Source: Gemmatimonadales bacterium
Lineage (GTDB): Bacteria; Gemmatimonadota; Gemmatimonadetes; Gemmatimonadales; GWC2-71-9
DNA length: 64,000 nucleotides
Direction of reading: 5' to 3'
NCBI GenBank assembly: GCA_041577295.1
Contig: JBFGJG010000004.1
Coordinates: forward strand, 32,001 to 96,000
Position 1 is the first letter of the stretch; every line of letters starts with the position of its first letter. This document shows, in pieces, positions 47,516 through 56,502 of this stretch. The notes beneath the pieces are model-generated. The model was given only the letters and a program-made list of their open reading frames with translations. It ran no database searches and was not told the DNA's origin. A program made the translations under genes and the position numbers.

Positions 47516-49004
47516 CGGTAGTCTCAGACGGATTGTCTGGGCGGCCACACTTCTTGGGATGGCGCAGGCCTGCGGAGGTGGCTCCGAGTCGTATGATGCG
47601 GTGCTCGCCAATGGTCGGGTCATGGATCCCGAGTCCGGGCTGGACGCCGTGCGTCATGTAGGGGTTCTCGATGGCAGAATCGCTGCCATCTCGACCGATC
47701 CACTGACCGGCGCGGACGTCATCGACGCCAGCGGGTTAGTGGTTGCTCCCGGCTTCATCGACCTCCATGCACATGGTCAGGACACGACGAGCAACAAGTA
47801 CCAAGCACGAGACGGGGTAACGACGGCGCTCGACTTGGAGGGAGGGGTCTTCCCCGTAGCGTCGTGGTACCGGTTCCGTGAGGGCAAGGCGGTGATCAAC
47901 TACGGCGCCACGGTGGGACACATAGCCGCCAGAATCAAACTAAAGCACGATATCGACGTCGGGCACTTCTCCACCAGTCGAGATCCCAACTTGGGTGGTG
48001 AACGGTTACGAGCAGCGACATACGATGTGGCGACGTCGGAAGAGCTGGAGCGCCTCGTCGCGCTGCTCGCGCGTGGACTCGACGAGGGAGCGCTCGGCGT
48101 TGGGATGGGACTTGCCTACACACCGGGTGCCCGCCGGGGCGAGGCGTTGCGCGTCTTCGAGCTGGCGGCGCGAGAAGAGGTGCCGGTGTTCGCACATGTT
48201 AGATCTGCCGGTGAGATCGAGCCGGGCAGCAGCATCGAGGCTGTTCAAGAGGTCATCGCAAATGCGGTGGCCACCGGAGCCTCGCTGCACGTTGTGCACA
48301 TCACGAGCAGCGGTGGTCGCCAGACGCCAATGCTCATCGAGATGATCGAGGGAGCACAAGCGCACGGACTGGACATCACAACAGAGGCGTACCCGTACAC
48401 GGCCTGGTCGACCTATATCGAAAGTGCCGTGTTCGATGCGGGGTGGCGCGAGAAGTTTGGCATGGATTACGGGGATGTTCAGTTGGTCTCGACGGGGGAA
48501 CGGCTCACCCGAACGACTTTCGAGCGATACCGCCGGCGGGGTGGCTTGGTGATCGGACACGGTATTCCGGAAGAGGTCGCGGACTACGCCGTAGCGCATC
48601 CCGCCGTCATGATTGCCTCAGATGGACTACCGTTTCGGACCGGTGGAGAGCACCCACGTGGTGCCGGAACGTTCGCCCGCGTGCTCGGCTATTACGCGCG
48701 AGAAAAGGGAGCGATCACTCTCATGGAGGCGCTGCGCAAGATCACCATCATGCCAGCGAGCCGTCTGGCCCACGTGCCGCAGATGCGCAACAAGGGCCGA
48801 ATCCGTGTGGGTGCGGACGCCGACATCACCGTGTTCGACCCACAACAGATCATTGACCGCGCAACTTTCGATGAGTCGATGCGCTTCTCTGACGGCGTGA
48901 TGCACGTGATGGTTGGTGGTACTTTCGTCGTCCGGAATGGTATGTCGGTCGATGGCGTCTTCCCTGGTCAAGCCATTCAACGCTCTACGGCCGACGCTCA
49001 GTGA
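47487..49004 (+). CDS. Amidohydrolase (N-acyl-D-amino-acid deacylase-like), probable lipoprotein
   Basis: AQAC lipobox-like, PGFIDLHAH, EAYPY, IASDG, HPRGAGTF. Confidence 0.88.
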   Translation: MQSFFTARRSGSLRRIVWAATLLGMAQACGGGSESYDAVLANGRVMDPESGLDAVRHVGVLDGRIAAISTDPLTGADVIDASGLVVAPGFIDLHAHGQDTTSNKYQARDGVTTALDLEGGVFPVASWYRFREGKAVINYGATVGHIAARIKLKHDIDVGHFSTSRDPNLGGERLRAATYDVATSEELERLVALLARGLDEGALGVGMGLAYTPGARRGEALRVFELAAREEVPVFAHVRSAGEIEPGSSIEAVQEVIANAVATGASLHVVHITSSGGRQTPMLIEMIEGAQAHGLDITTEAYPYTAWSTYIESAVFDAGWREKFGMDYGDVQLVSTGERLTRTTFERYRRRGGLVIGHGIPEEVADYAVAHPAVMIASDGLPFRTGGEHPRGAGTFARVLGYYAREKGAITLMEALRKITIMPASRLAHVPQMRNKGRIRVGADADITVFDPQQIIDRATFDESMRFSDGVMHVMVGGTFVVRNGMSVDGVFPGQAIQRSTADAQ

Positions 49005-49053
49005 ATCCTTCTATCCCTTCTAACCACGCTATCCCTTCGATTCCGTGTAGAAT

Positions 49054-50205
49054 GTGATCGATTCCGACTACACGATCGCGACCCTCTCGGATCTGGTCCG
49101 TATCAACTCGATCAATCCCGCGTTCACGAGCGGTGCGACCAACGAGACGGAGATCGCACGCTACGTTCATGAGGCCATGGCGCGGATGGGGCTCGAGGTC
49201 ACGGCCCATGAGCCGGAGCCGGGGCGCACGAGTATCGTGGGACGAATCCGCGGCGCGACAGAAGGACCTGTGGTGATCTTGTACGCACACGTCGATACCG
49301 TGGGGGTCGAGGAGATGGCTGCCCCGTTTGCCGGGGACATGTTTGATGGTCGGTTGCACGGGCGGGGTGCGTATGACATGAAGGGCGGACTTGCGGCGTG
49401 TCTCGGTGCTGCCAAAGCGATCGTGGCTTCAGGGCTCTCCCGCGGTGAGATTCTCATCACGGCGGTCGCCGACGAGGAGGTTGCAAGCATCGGGATGGCG
49501 GAGGTACTGCGCCATCATGCGGCGGATGCGGCGATCGTTACCGAGCCGACCGAGTTGCAGGTCTGTGTGGCCCACAAGGGTTTTTGCTGGATAGAGGTCC
49601 AGACTCACGGACGCGCGGCCCATGGGAGTCAGTTTCGGGTTGGCGTCGACGCCAACATGCGGATGGGGCGCTTCCTCGCACAGCTCGAGGGACTCGAGCG
49701 ACGCCTACGCGCTTCACCGGGACACCCCCTCGTCGGGCCACCGTCGCTTCACGCGCCAGTCATCCGGGGAGGGACCGGGCCGAGTACCTATTCCGCACAC
49801 TGCCGGCTCGAGATCGAGCGGCGGACGATCCCCGGGGAATCGACATCCTCAGTTCTTTCGGAAATCGAAGACATCGTACGCCGCTTGATGGACGAAGATC
49901 CGACATTCGATGCGCGGGCGCGCATGCTGCTGGCGCGGGACTCGTTTGAGGTCGCACCCGACGCGAGGATCGTGCGTACTGTTTCTGAGGTTGCCGCTCG
50001 CGTTCTTGGTAAAACCGCACCGCTGGTTGGAATGCCGTACTGGATGGATGCAGCGCTGCTCGCGGCAGCAGGCATCGAGACCGTTGTGATCGGGCCAATG
50101 GGGCAGGGTGCCCACGCAAAAGAGGAATGGGTAGAGGTGGCGTCTGTCGTTAAGCTCGCGGAGATCCTCGCCCGGGCGGCGACGACCTATTGCGAGGCGA
50201 ATTGA
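49054..50205 (+). CDS. M20 ArgE/DapE-family deacylase
   Basis: AHVDTV, GRGAYDMKGG, DEE, EPT, GRAAHGS, GAHAKEEW. Confidence 0.9.
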   Translation: MIDSDYTIATLSDLVRINSINPAFTSGATNETEIARYVHEAMARMGLEVTAHEPEPGRTSIVGRIRGATEGPVVILYAHVDTVGVEEMAAPFAGDMFDGRLHGRGAYDMKGGLAACLGAAKAIVASGLSRGEILITAVADEEVASIGMAEVLRHHAADAAIVTEPTELQVCVAHKGFCWIEVQTHGRAAHGSQFRVGVDANMRMGRFLAQLEGLERRLRASPGHPLVGPPSLHAPVIRGGTGPSTYSAHCRLEIERRTIPGESTSSVLSEIEDIVRRLMDEDPTFDARARMLLARDSFEVAPDARIVRTVSEVAARVLGKTAPLVGMPYWMDAALLAAAGIETVVIGPMGQGAHAKEEWVEVASVVKLAEILARAATTYCEAN

Positions 50206-51668
50206 CTCGACTCGGTCGACGCAAAGAGCCGCTGGACGGCCTCGTCCGAGTTCACGGCGCTGGTTTTGGCAGCGACGACGTAGGCAAGGAGCGACAGCAG
50301 CATCGCAGGGAAAACCTCGTGTATGCGCTCCCCAAGGGGAAGATACTTCCACCCTAACAGGACCCCGACCCCGACGGCGAACGACGTAATCACCGCGAAA
50401 CCGTTCCCCTTCCGCCAATGTAACCCGAGAACCACCGCCGGGAGGAAGCAGGCAGCAAACAGGCTGCCGGAGAAGGCGGTGAGCGTAACGATCTGGCCAG
50501 GTGGATCCAGTGCGATGATCGCCGTGATCAGCGCAAAGAGGCCGACGTAGACCCGTGTCTGTCGCAGCACGGACGCGTCCGTCACGTGGCGGCGCCACAG
50601 CCCCACGAGATCACGTTCACATGTCGATGCCATGACGAGCAACACGCTGTCGAGTGAGGACATCGCAGCCGCGACCATGGCCACGAGCAGGAATGCTCCT
50701 ATCGCTGGGTGAAAGACCTCTCCGCCGGCTAGGAGCGTTGGGACGACTAGATCCGTGTCACCAATTCCTCCACCGACGATGTTGTGCGCGAACAGCCCTA
50801 CAGGAAGCAACAACGAGTAGACGAAGAGAAATGCGAGGGTCGAAACCCACATGCCGCGGCGAACGGCTCTCTCATCTTCGAGCGCATAGAATCTCGACAG
50901 CTGTCGTGGTTCAACGACGAATTTGAGGGTGCCAGCAACGATGATTCCGATAATAACGGGAAACGGCATCGCTGCGTCCCAGCGGAAGAGATGGGAGGTA
51001 CTTGGACGATCGCGGACTGCTGCGATGGCTCCGGTTCCTCCCGCAGCATCGAGGGTTCCCCAAAACAAGAGGATGGCAGCTACGATCATCACCAGTCCCT
51101 GAACGACATCCGTGCGCACGACCGACAGAAACCCACCGACGGCGGTGTACAGCATGACGATGAGAAAGACCACGAGGATGGCGATCACATAGGGAATATC
51201 GAGGAATACCTCCAACAGGTTTCCGATACCCTTGAAAACCGCGGTCATGTACAGAAAGCTGGCAAAGAGCACGATGACTGCGGCCGACACCCGAGCTCGG
51301 GTGCTTCCAAAACGAAAGCCGATGAAGTCGGGAAGCGTGACCGAGTCGAGCGCACCGGTAAAGCGCCGCAGCCGCGGTGCCACGACCATCCATGCGACGA
51401 GGCAGAAGATCACCGCAACGGGTGCAAGGAGTAGCCATGGAGTACCATACGAGTACGCCTGGCCGGAAAAACCAACGAAGCTGTTCGTGCTGGAGTAGGT
51501 GGCGAAGAAGCTGAGTCCGAGCGCGATGCCGCCCATTGCCCGGCCACCCACGTAGTAGTCCACGACACCTCGCGTTCGGCGCTTACCCTCGAGCGCATGG
51601 ATCGCCATGAGCGCGGTGTAGAGTGCAAACAACCCGAGTACGAAGCCGTGCGCTTTGATCCAGGACAT
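50187..51668 (-). CDS. Sodium:solute symporter (SSS family)
   Basis: DYYVGGR, SFVGFSG, YTAVGG..SVVRTD, AAAMSSLDS. Confidence 0.9.
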   Translation of the reverse strand: MSWIKAHGFVLGLFALYTALMAIHALEGKRRTRGVVDYYVGGRAMGGIALGLSFFATYSSTNSFVGFSGQAYSYGTPWLLLAPVAVIFCLVAWMVVAPRLRRFTGALDSVTLPDFIGFRFGSTRARVSAAVIVLFASFLYMTAVFKGIGNLLEVFLDIPYVIAILVVFLIVMLYTAVGGFLSVVRTDVVQGLVMIVAAILLFWGTLDAAGGTGAIAAVRDRPSTSHLFRWDAAMPFPVIIGIIVAGTLKFVVEPRQLSRFYALEDERAVRRGMWVSTLAFLFVYSLLLPVGLFAHNIVGGGIGDTDLVVPTLLAGGEVFHPAIGAFLLVAMVAAAMSSLDSVLLVMASTCERDLVGLWRRHVTDASVLRQTRVYVGLFALITAIIALDPPGQIVTLTAFSGSLFAACFLPAVVLGLHWRKGNGFAVITSFAVGVGVLLGWKYLPLGERIHEVFPAMLLSLLAYVVAAKTSAVNSDEAVQRLFASTESSQFASQ

Positions 51669-51892
51669 GACTCGCGCTTTTGTCCCCTTTCGTCGCCGGG
51701 CATCAATTAGGCGCTGAGGATGAGAAGCGCAAGGCGTGACTCGTGAGACGGGGCTGGGAACCGCCCGGCTGTTCACATGCTCCTTGGCTCACCTCGCGCG
51801 CACTCTGGTTCCCTCAGGGCGTTTGGACGGCTATTGTAGCTGCGCTGTTCCCGTGTGCTGATTCTTACCCTCCATCGCCGGAATGCAGAACC

Positions 51893-54800
51893 ATGACACG
51901 CTCTTTTCCTGTGCTCGCCGTCGTGCTCCTCGTGGCGTTTACGCCCACAGAAGCGCAGCAGCCCCAGATTGACAACGCGCTTTATCAAGACATGGAGTGG
52001 CGTAACATTGGGCCGTTTCGGGGTGGCCGTTCGGTGGCGGTCGCGGGCGTCGTATCGGATCCGTCGATTTACTACTTCGGCGGTGTCGGGAGCGGGGTGT
52101 GGAAGACGACCGACGCTGGGCTAAGCTGGACCAACGTGTCCGACTCGACGTTTGGCACCTCGTCAGTAGGCGCGATCGCCGTGGCGCCCGCGGATGCCAA
52201 CGTAGTGTACGTTGGAATGGGCGAGCACGCGGTCCGCGGGGTTGCCACGTCCTACGGTGATGGAGTGTACAAGTCCACCGATGCGGGAAAGACGTGGACC
52301 CACCTAGGTCTCACCGAGACCCGGCACATTGCGGCCATCGTCGTCCATCCCACCAATCCCGATCTCGTATACGTCGCTGCACAGGGAGCCGTCCACGGTG
52401 CGACGCCGGACCGTGGGATATACAGATCCATGGATGGGGGACAGACCTGGGAGCGGGTGCTGTTCGCCAACGAGACCACGGGAGCAAGTTCGCTGAGCAT
52501 GGACCGGCATAACCCGCGGGTGCTGTACGCTGGTCTGTGGGATCACATCCGCTACCCGTGGGAAGTCCGGAGCGGTGGAGCCGGAAGTGGCATCTACCGT
52601 TCCGCGGACGGCGGAAACACGTGGAGCAAGCTGACGGACGGCTTCCCTGACCTCATGGGAAAGACGAGCGTTTCGGTTTCGGCGGATCCTCAGCGGATCT
52701 ATGCGCTGATCGAAGCCGATCCGGGCGGTGGCGTGTATCGCTCCGATGACGGTGGCAAGACCTGGAGAAACATCAACGAGAATTGGACGCTCAGAGCACG
52801 CGCGTGGTACTACATCCACATCCACGCCGATCCACAGAATCCCGACGTCGTGTGGATCATGAATGCACCGCTCATGAAATCGATCGACGGTGGGAAGAGC
52901 TTTACCAGAGTCCGCACACCGCATGGAGACAATCACGCGCTATGGATCAATCCGTCCAACTCCAAATACCTCATCAACGGCAACGACGGTGGAGCCAACG
53001 TGTCGCTCAACGGAGGTGAAAGTTGGTCGACGCAGCAGAACCAGCCAACCGCACAGTTCTACCGGGTAAACACGGACAATCGCTTTCCTTACTACGTCTA
53101 CGGCGGCCAGCAAGATAATAGCTCCGTCGCAATCGTGAGCCGCACATCAGGCCGTGGCATCGACTGGAAGGATTGGTATGCTGTGGCCGGGTGCGAAACC
53201 GCGTACATCGCGTTCGATCGAGACAACCCAGTACGCAATTACGGTGGCTGCTACATGGGACAGATCGAGGAGTTTAACGAAGTGACGCGGGAGTCGCACA
53301 ATGTGATGGCCTATCCGTTCTTGCCAGCGGCACTCGCCTCACGCGATATCAAGTATCGGTTCAACTGGAATGCGCCGATTCTCGTGTCTCGTCATGACCC
53401 ATCCGTGATCTACCACGCAGCCAATGTGCTTCTCAAGTCGACGGACAGAGGGCGGTCATGGGTGGAGGTGAGTCCCGATCTGACACGAGACGAGGATGCG
53501 AAACAGGGTCAAGGAGGGAGTCCGATTACGAATGAGGGTGCGGGCGGCGAGATCTATGGCACCATCATGTATGTAACGGAGTCGCCACACGACCGAAACA
53601 CGATCTGGGCCGGCAGCGACGACGGGCTCGTGCACGTGACGCGGGACGGAGGCCAGACGTGGTCGAACGTTACCCCACGGGGACCCCCGGAGGGGATGGT
53701 CAATGCGATCGATGTGTCGCCCCATGAGCCTGGAGGTGCGTACATCGCCTTCACGCGTTACAAGTTCAACGATTACACACCGTACATGTACAAGACCGCC
53801 GATTTCGGGAAGTCGTGGACGAGAATCGTGGACGGCATACCCAACGGCGCGTTTGTCCGGGTGGTTCGCGAGGACCCAAGGCGCCGCGGCTTGCTCTACG
53901 CCGGCACTGAAACGGGCTTGTACGCCTCCTGGAACGATGGAGGTGACTGGCAGTCACTCCAACTCAACATGCCGATTACCCCCATCACAGACCTGCAGGT
54001 TCACGAGCGTGACAACGATCTCGTCGCTTCCACGCAGGGACGCGGCTTTTGGATCCTCGACGATCTGTCCCCCCTGCAGCAGATGAACCTCAGGATCGCG
54101 CGGTCGCCGATGCATCTGTTCAGCCCGCGCACCGCGTACCGCATGGTTGGAGGTGGTGGCTTTCAATTTCCGGCGAGCAACGTGGGCCAGAATCCACCGG
54201 AGGGCGCGATCATCGATTTTTACCTCGCCGGCATATCGGATTCGACGCCGGTCCGTATCGAGATCCACAGAACCAGCGGCGAGCGCGTGCGTGTCTACTC
54301 CTCGGCAAAGGACGCTGAGGTCGATTCCACGTCCCGGATCGAGGTGAAGGCGGGGCACAACCGCGTCGCATGGGATCTTCGTCACGAGGCTGTCAAGAAC
54401 GTGCCGGAGCTGTATACCTGGGGAAGCCTGCGTGGCCATCGAGCAGCACCGGGTGTTTACCTGGTGCGCGTAGTCCAGGGTGAGACGGACCGGGCCGATT
54501 CGCTACGGGTCATGAAGGATCCGCGTGTCGAGGCGAGTCCGTCGGACTTCGTTGACCAAGAGCGCTTTATCGCGGGCGTCACCGCGGGGCTGGCCGCGAT
54601 TCATGAGAGCGTGATCCAGCTAAGGGACGTGCGCGAACAGATCGAAGGGATCATGAGTCGAACGAAAGATCACGAGGTTGGGACGACGATCGCCGAAGCG
54701 GGAAAGCCATTTGTCGACGATCTCAGCGCTATGGAGGATTCTTTGGTTCAGAAGCGGGTGGCGGATGGCCAAACCGTCATCAACTTCCCATCGCGTCTGC

Positions 54801-55045
54801 GGTTTCAATACGTCTACCTGCGGGGTGCGGTGGATGGTACGGAGGGAATTGTGACCGAGGGCGCTCGTGCCTTATATCGAGACCTGACGGCCAAGTGGTC
54901 CGAGTTGCAGTCACAGCTCGCTGAGCTGTTCGGGCCTCGCCTCGTGAGCTTCAACCGGCTAGTGCAGGAGAGCGGAATACCGGCGATCATCATGGCACCC
55001 GAGCGCCGAGAGACCACGACTTCGGCATCCGAGCTAGAGCGGTAG
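51893..55045 (+). CDS. Secreted VPS10/BNR-repeat glycosyl-hydrolase-like protein
   Basis: Signal peptide, WRNIGPFRGGR, many SxDxGxTW Asp-boxes, GGQQDN. Confidence 0.9.
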   Translation: MTRSFPVLAVVLLVAFTPTEAQQPQIDNALYQDMEWRNIGPFRGGRSVAVAGVVSDPSIYYFGGVGSGVWKTTDAGLSWTNVSDSTFGTSSVGAIAVAPADANVVYVGMGEHAVRGVATSYGDGVYKSTDAGKTWTHLGLTETRHIAAIVVHPTNPDLVYVAAQGAVHGATPDRGIYRSMDGGQTWERVLFANETTGASSLSMDRHNPRVLYAGLWDHIRYPWEVRSGGAGSGIYRSADGGNTWSKLTDGFPDLMGKTSVSVSADPQRIYALIEADPGGGVYRSDDGGKTWRNINENWTLRARAWYYIHIHADPQNPDVVWIMNAPLMKSIDGGKSFTRVRTPHGDNHALWINPSNSKYLINGNDGGANVSLNGGESWSTQQNQPTAQFYRVNTDNRFPYYVYGGQQDNSSVAIVSRTSGRGIDWKDWYAVAGCETAYIAFDRDNPVRNYGGCYMGQIEEFNEVTRESHNVMAYPFLPAALASRDIKYRFNWNAPILVSRHDPSVIYHAANVLLKSTDRGRSWVEVSPDLTRDEDAKQGQGGSPITNEGAGGEIYGTIMYVTESPHDRNTIWAGSDDGLVHVTRDGGQTWSNVTPRGPPEGMVNAIDVSPHEPGGAYIAFTRYKFNDYTPYMYKTADFGKSWTRIVDGIPNGAFVRVVREDPRRRGLLYAGTETGLYASWNDGGDWQSLQLNMPITPITDLQVHERDNDLVASTQGRGFWILDDLSPLQQMNLRIARSPMHLFSPRTAYRMVGGGGFQFPASNVGQNPPEGAIIDFYLAGISDSTPVRIEIHRTSGERVRVYSSAKDAEVDSTSRIEVKAGHNRVAWDLRHEAVKNVPELYTWGSLRGHRAAPGVYLVRVVQGETDRADSLRVMKDPRVEASPSDFVDQERFIAGVTAGLAAIHESVIQLRDVREQIEGIMSRTKDHEVGTTIAEAGKPFVDDLSAMEDSLVQKRVADGQTVINFPSRLRFQYVYLRGAVDGTEGIVTEGARALYRDLTAKWSELQSQLAELFGPRLVSFNRLVQESGIPAIIMAPERRETTTSASELER

Positions 55046-55059
55046 TGGTTGGAGGATGT

Positions 55060-55920
55060 ATGAGACCGACACGGCTGTTCGCCGTCTTGGCGCTGATCGC
55101 GGCGATCCTCGTAACCGGAACTCCCATGACAGCTAGTGGCCAGGTGACCTCGTACGTACGGTTTGTGCATCAGAGTCGCACAGCCTACGGGATTCTCGAC
55201 GGTGAGGAGATACGCGAGCTGAGCGGTGAGCTGTTTGGAGCCCACCGCGAGACTGGGGTCAGCATACCGCTGTCCGCAGTGCGTTTGCTCGCGCCGTGCG
55301 AACCCACGAAGATCATCGCGATTGGCCGCAATTATCGCAGTCACCTGGGTGGAAGGCCGCAGCCGAGTGAGCCTGGTTTGTTTCTCAAGCTTCCGACGTC
55401 CGTGATCGGTACGCAGGACAGCATTGTACTACCGCCCGATGCACAGGACGTGCATTACGAAGGGGAGCTCGTGGTTGTCATAGGGAAGCGAGCGAAGAAC
55501 GTCGCCGTCGAAAAAGCGCTCGATTATGTCTTTGGCGTCACGGCGGGAAACGACGTGACCGATCGAACCTGGCAAGACACGGACCTCCAATGGGCTCGTG
55601 CAAAGGGGGCGGACACGTTCGCTCCTCTCGGTCCCGCCATCGTCACTGGATTGAATTACGGAGATCTCCTGGTCCAAACACGGGTCAACGGCGAGGTGCG
55701 CCAGTCAGAGCGATCGAAGGATCTGCTCTATGATATCCCGACGATCGTGAGCTACATTAGCCGTTACATCACCCTGCTGCCAGGAGACGTGATCTACACG
55801 GGAACGCCGGGCACTACCAGTGCGCTCAGCCCCGGCGACGTGGTCCAGGTGGAGGTGGAAAACGTAGGGGTCCTCCGGAACCCCGTTGTTGCCGCGGCGC
55901 GGGCGTCTACTCCCCGATGA
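55060..55920 (+). CDS. Fumarylacetoacetate hydrolase family protein with N-terminal signal peptide
   Basis: GRNY, FLK, HYEGEL, NDVTDR, AKGADTF, PGDVIYTGTP. Confidence 0.9.
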   Translation: MRPTRLFAVLALIAAILVTGTPMTASGQVTSYVRFVHQSRTAYGILDGEEIRELSGELFGAHRETGVSIPLSAVRLLAPCEPTKIIAIGRNYRSHLGGRPQPSEPGLFLKLPTSVIGTQDSIVLPPDAQDVHYEGELVVVIGKRAKNVAVEKALDYVFGVTAGNDVTDRTWQDTDLQWARAKGADTFAPLGPAIVTGLNYGDLLVQTRVNGEVRQSERSKDLLYDIPTIVSYISRYITLLPGDVIYTGTPGTTSALSPGDVVQVEVENVGVLRNPVVAAARASTPR

Positions 55921-56338
55921 CGATGTCGGGATCGATGACGATGGTGTCCGTGCGACCTGCCTGAACGCAAATGCCAGTGATGTTGTACTTGTACCGCCGG
56001 CCGGGTGGCTGGTTCGGCCGCATCTCGAGCGCTCGCGCAGCGGCTTGCTTTGAGCCACGGACCTGATTGGCTTGATAGGGCCACGCCCCTCCGCGCTTCG
56101 GGCCCACGTCGATGCCGTCCGGAGTGGATTGTGGCCGGAGAGTCCAATCCGTCGAATCTCCCTGTTGTACTACGACTGTCCAAGGATCGACATCAACCGT
56201 TATCTGACCGCCGGTACACGTGATAAGCACGTTTACGGAGTGACGTGTGGGGCGTTCGGCGGAGGATTCCCGGGCATCCATGGTTATCATTCCGCCCGCG
56301 AGGACCGCTGCGACGATGACAAAGGAAATTGCTCGCAT
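55907..56338 (-). CDS. Small secreted beta-rich protein (DP-EP/cupredoxin-like pattern)
   Basis: Signal peptide MRAISFVIVAAVLAGG; VDPWTVVVQQGDSTDW; YKYNI...IDPDIVI at the C-terminus. Confidence 0.6.
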   Translation of the reverse strand: MRAISFVIVAAVLAGGMITMDARESSAERPTRHSVNVLITCTGGQITVDVDPWTVVVQQGDSTDWTLRPQSTPDGIDVGPKRGGAWPYQANQVRGSKQAAARALEMRPNQPPGRRYKYNITGICVQAGRTDTIVIDPDIVIGE

Positions 56339-56502
56339 GAGAACTCCGCGTTGGGGGAAAGCTCGACTAACCATGCCCGTTGAAACCGGGCCCCGCAAGG
56401 TGTGGGACGCGTGGCCTCGCGTCACGGCCATCCCGCCCTCATCTTTTGGTTTTGGACCCGCCGCCAGGCCGTGTCCAGCGAACTCCATGCATAAAGAAGC
56501 GC

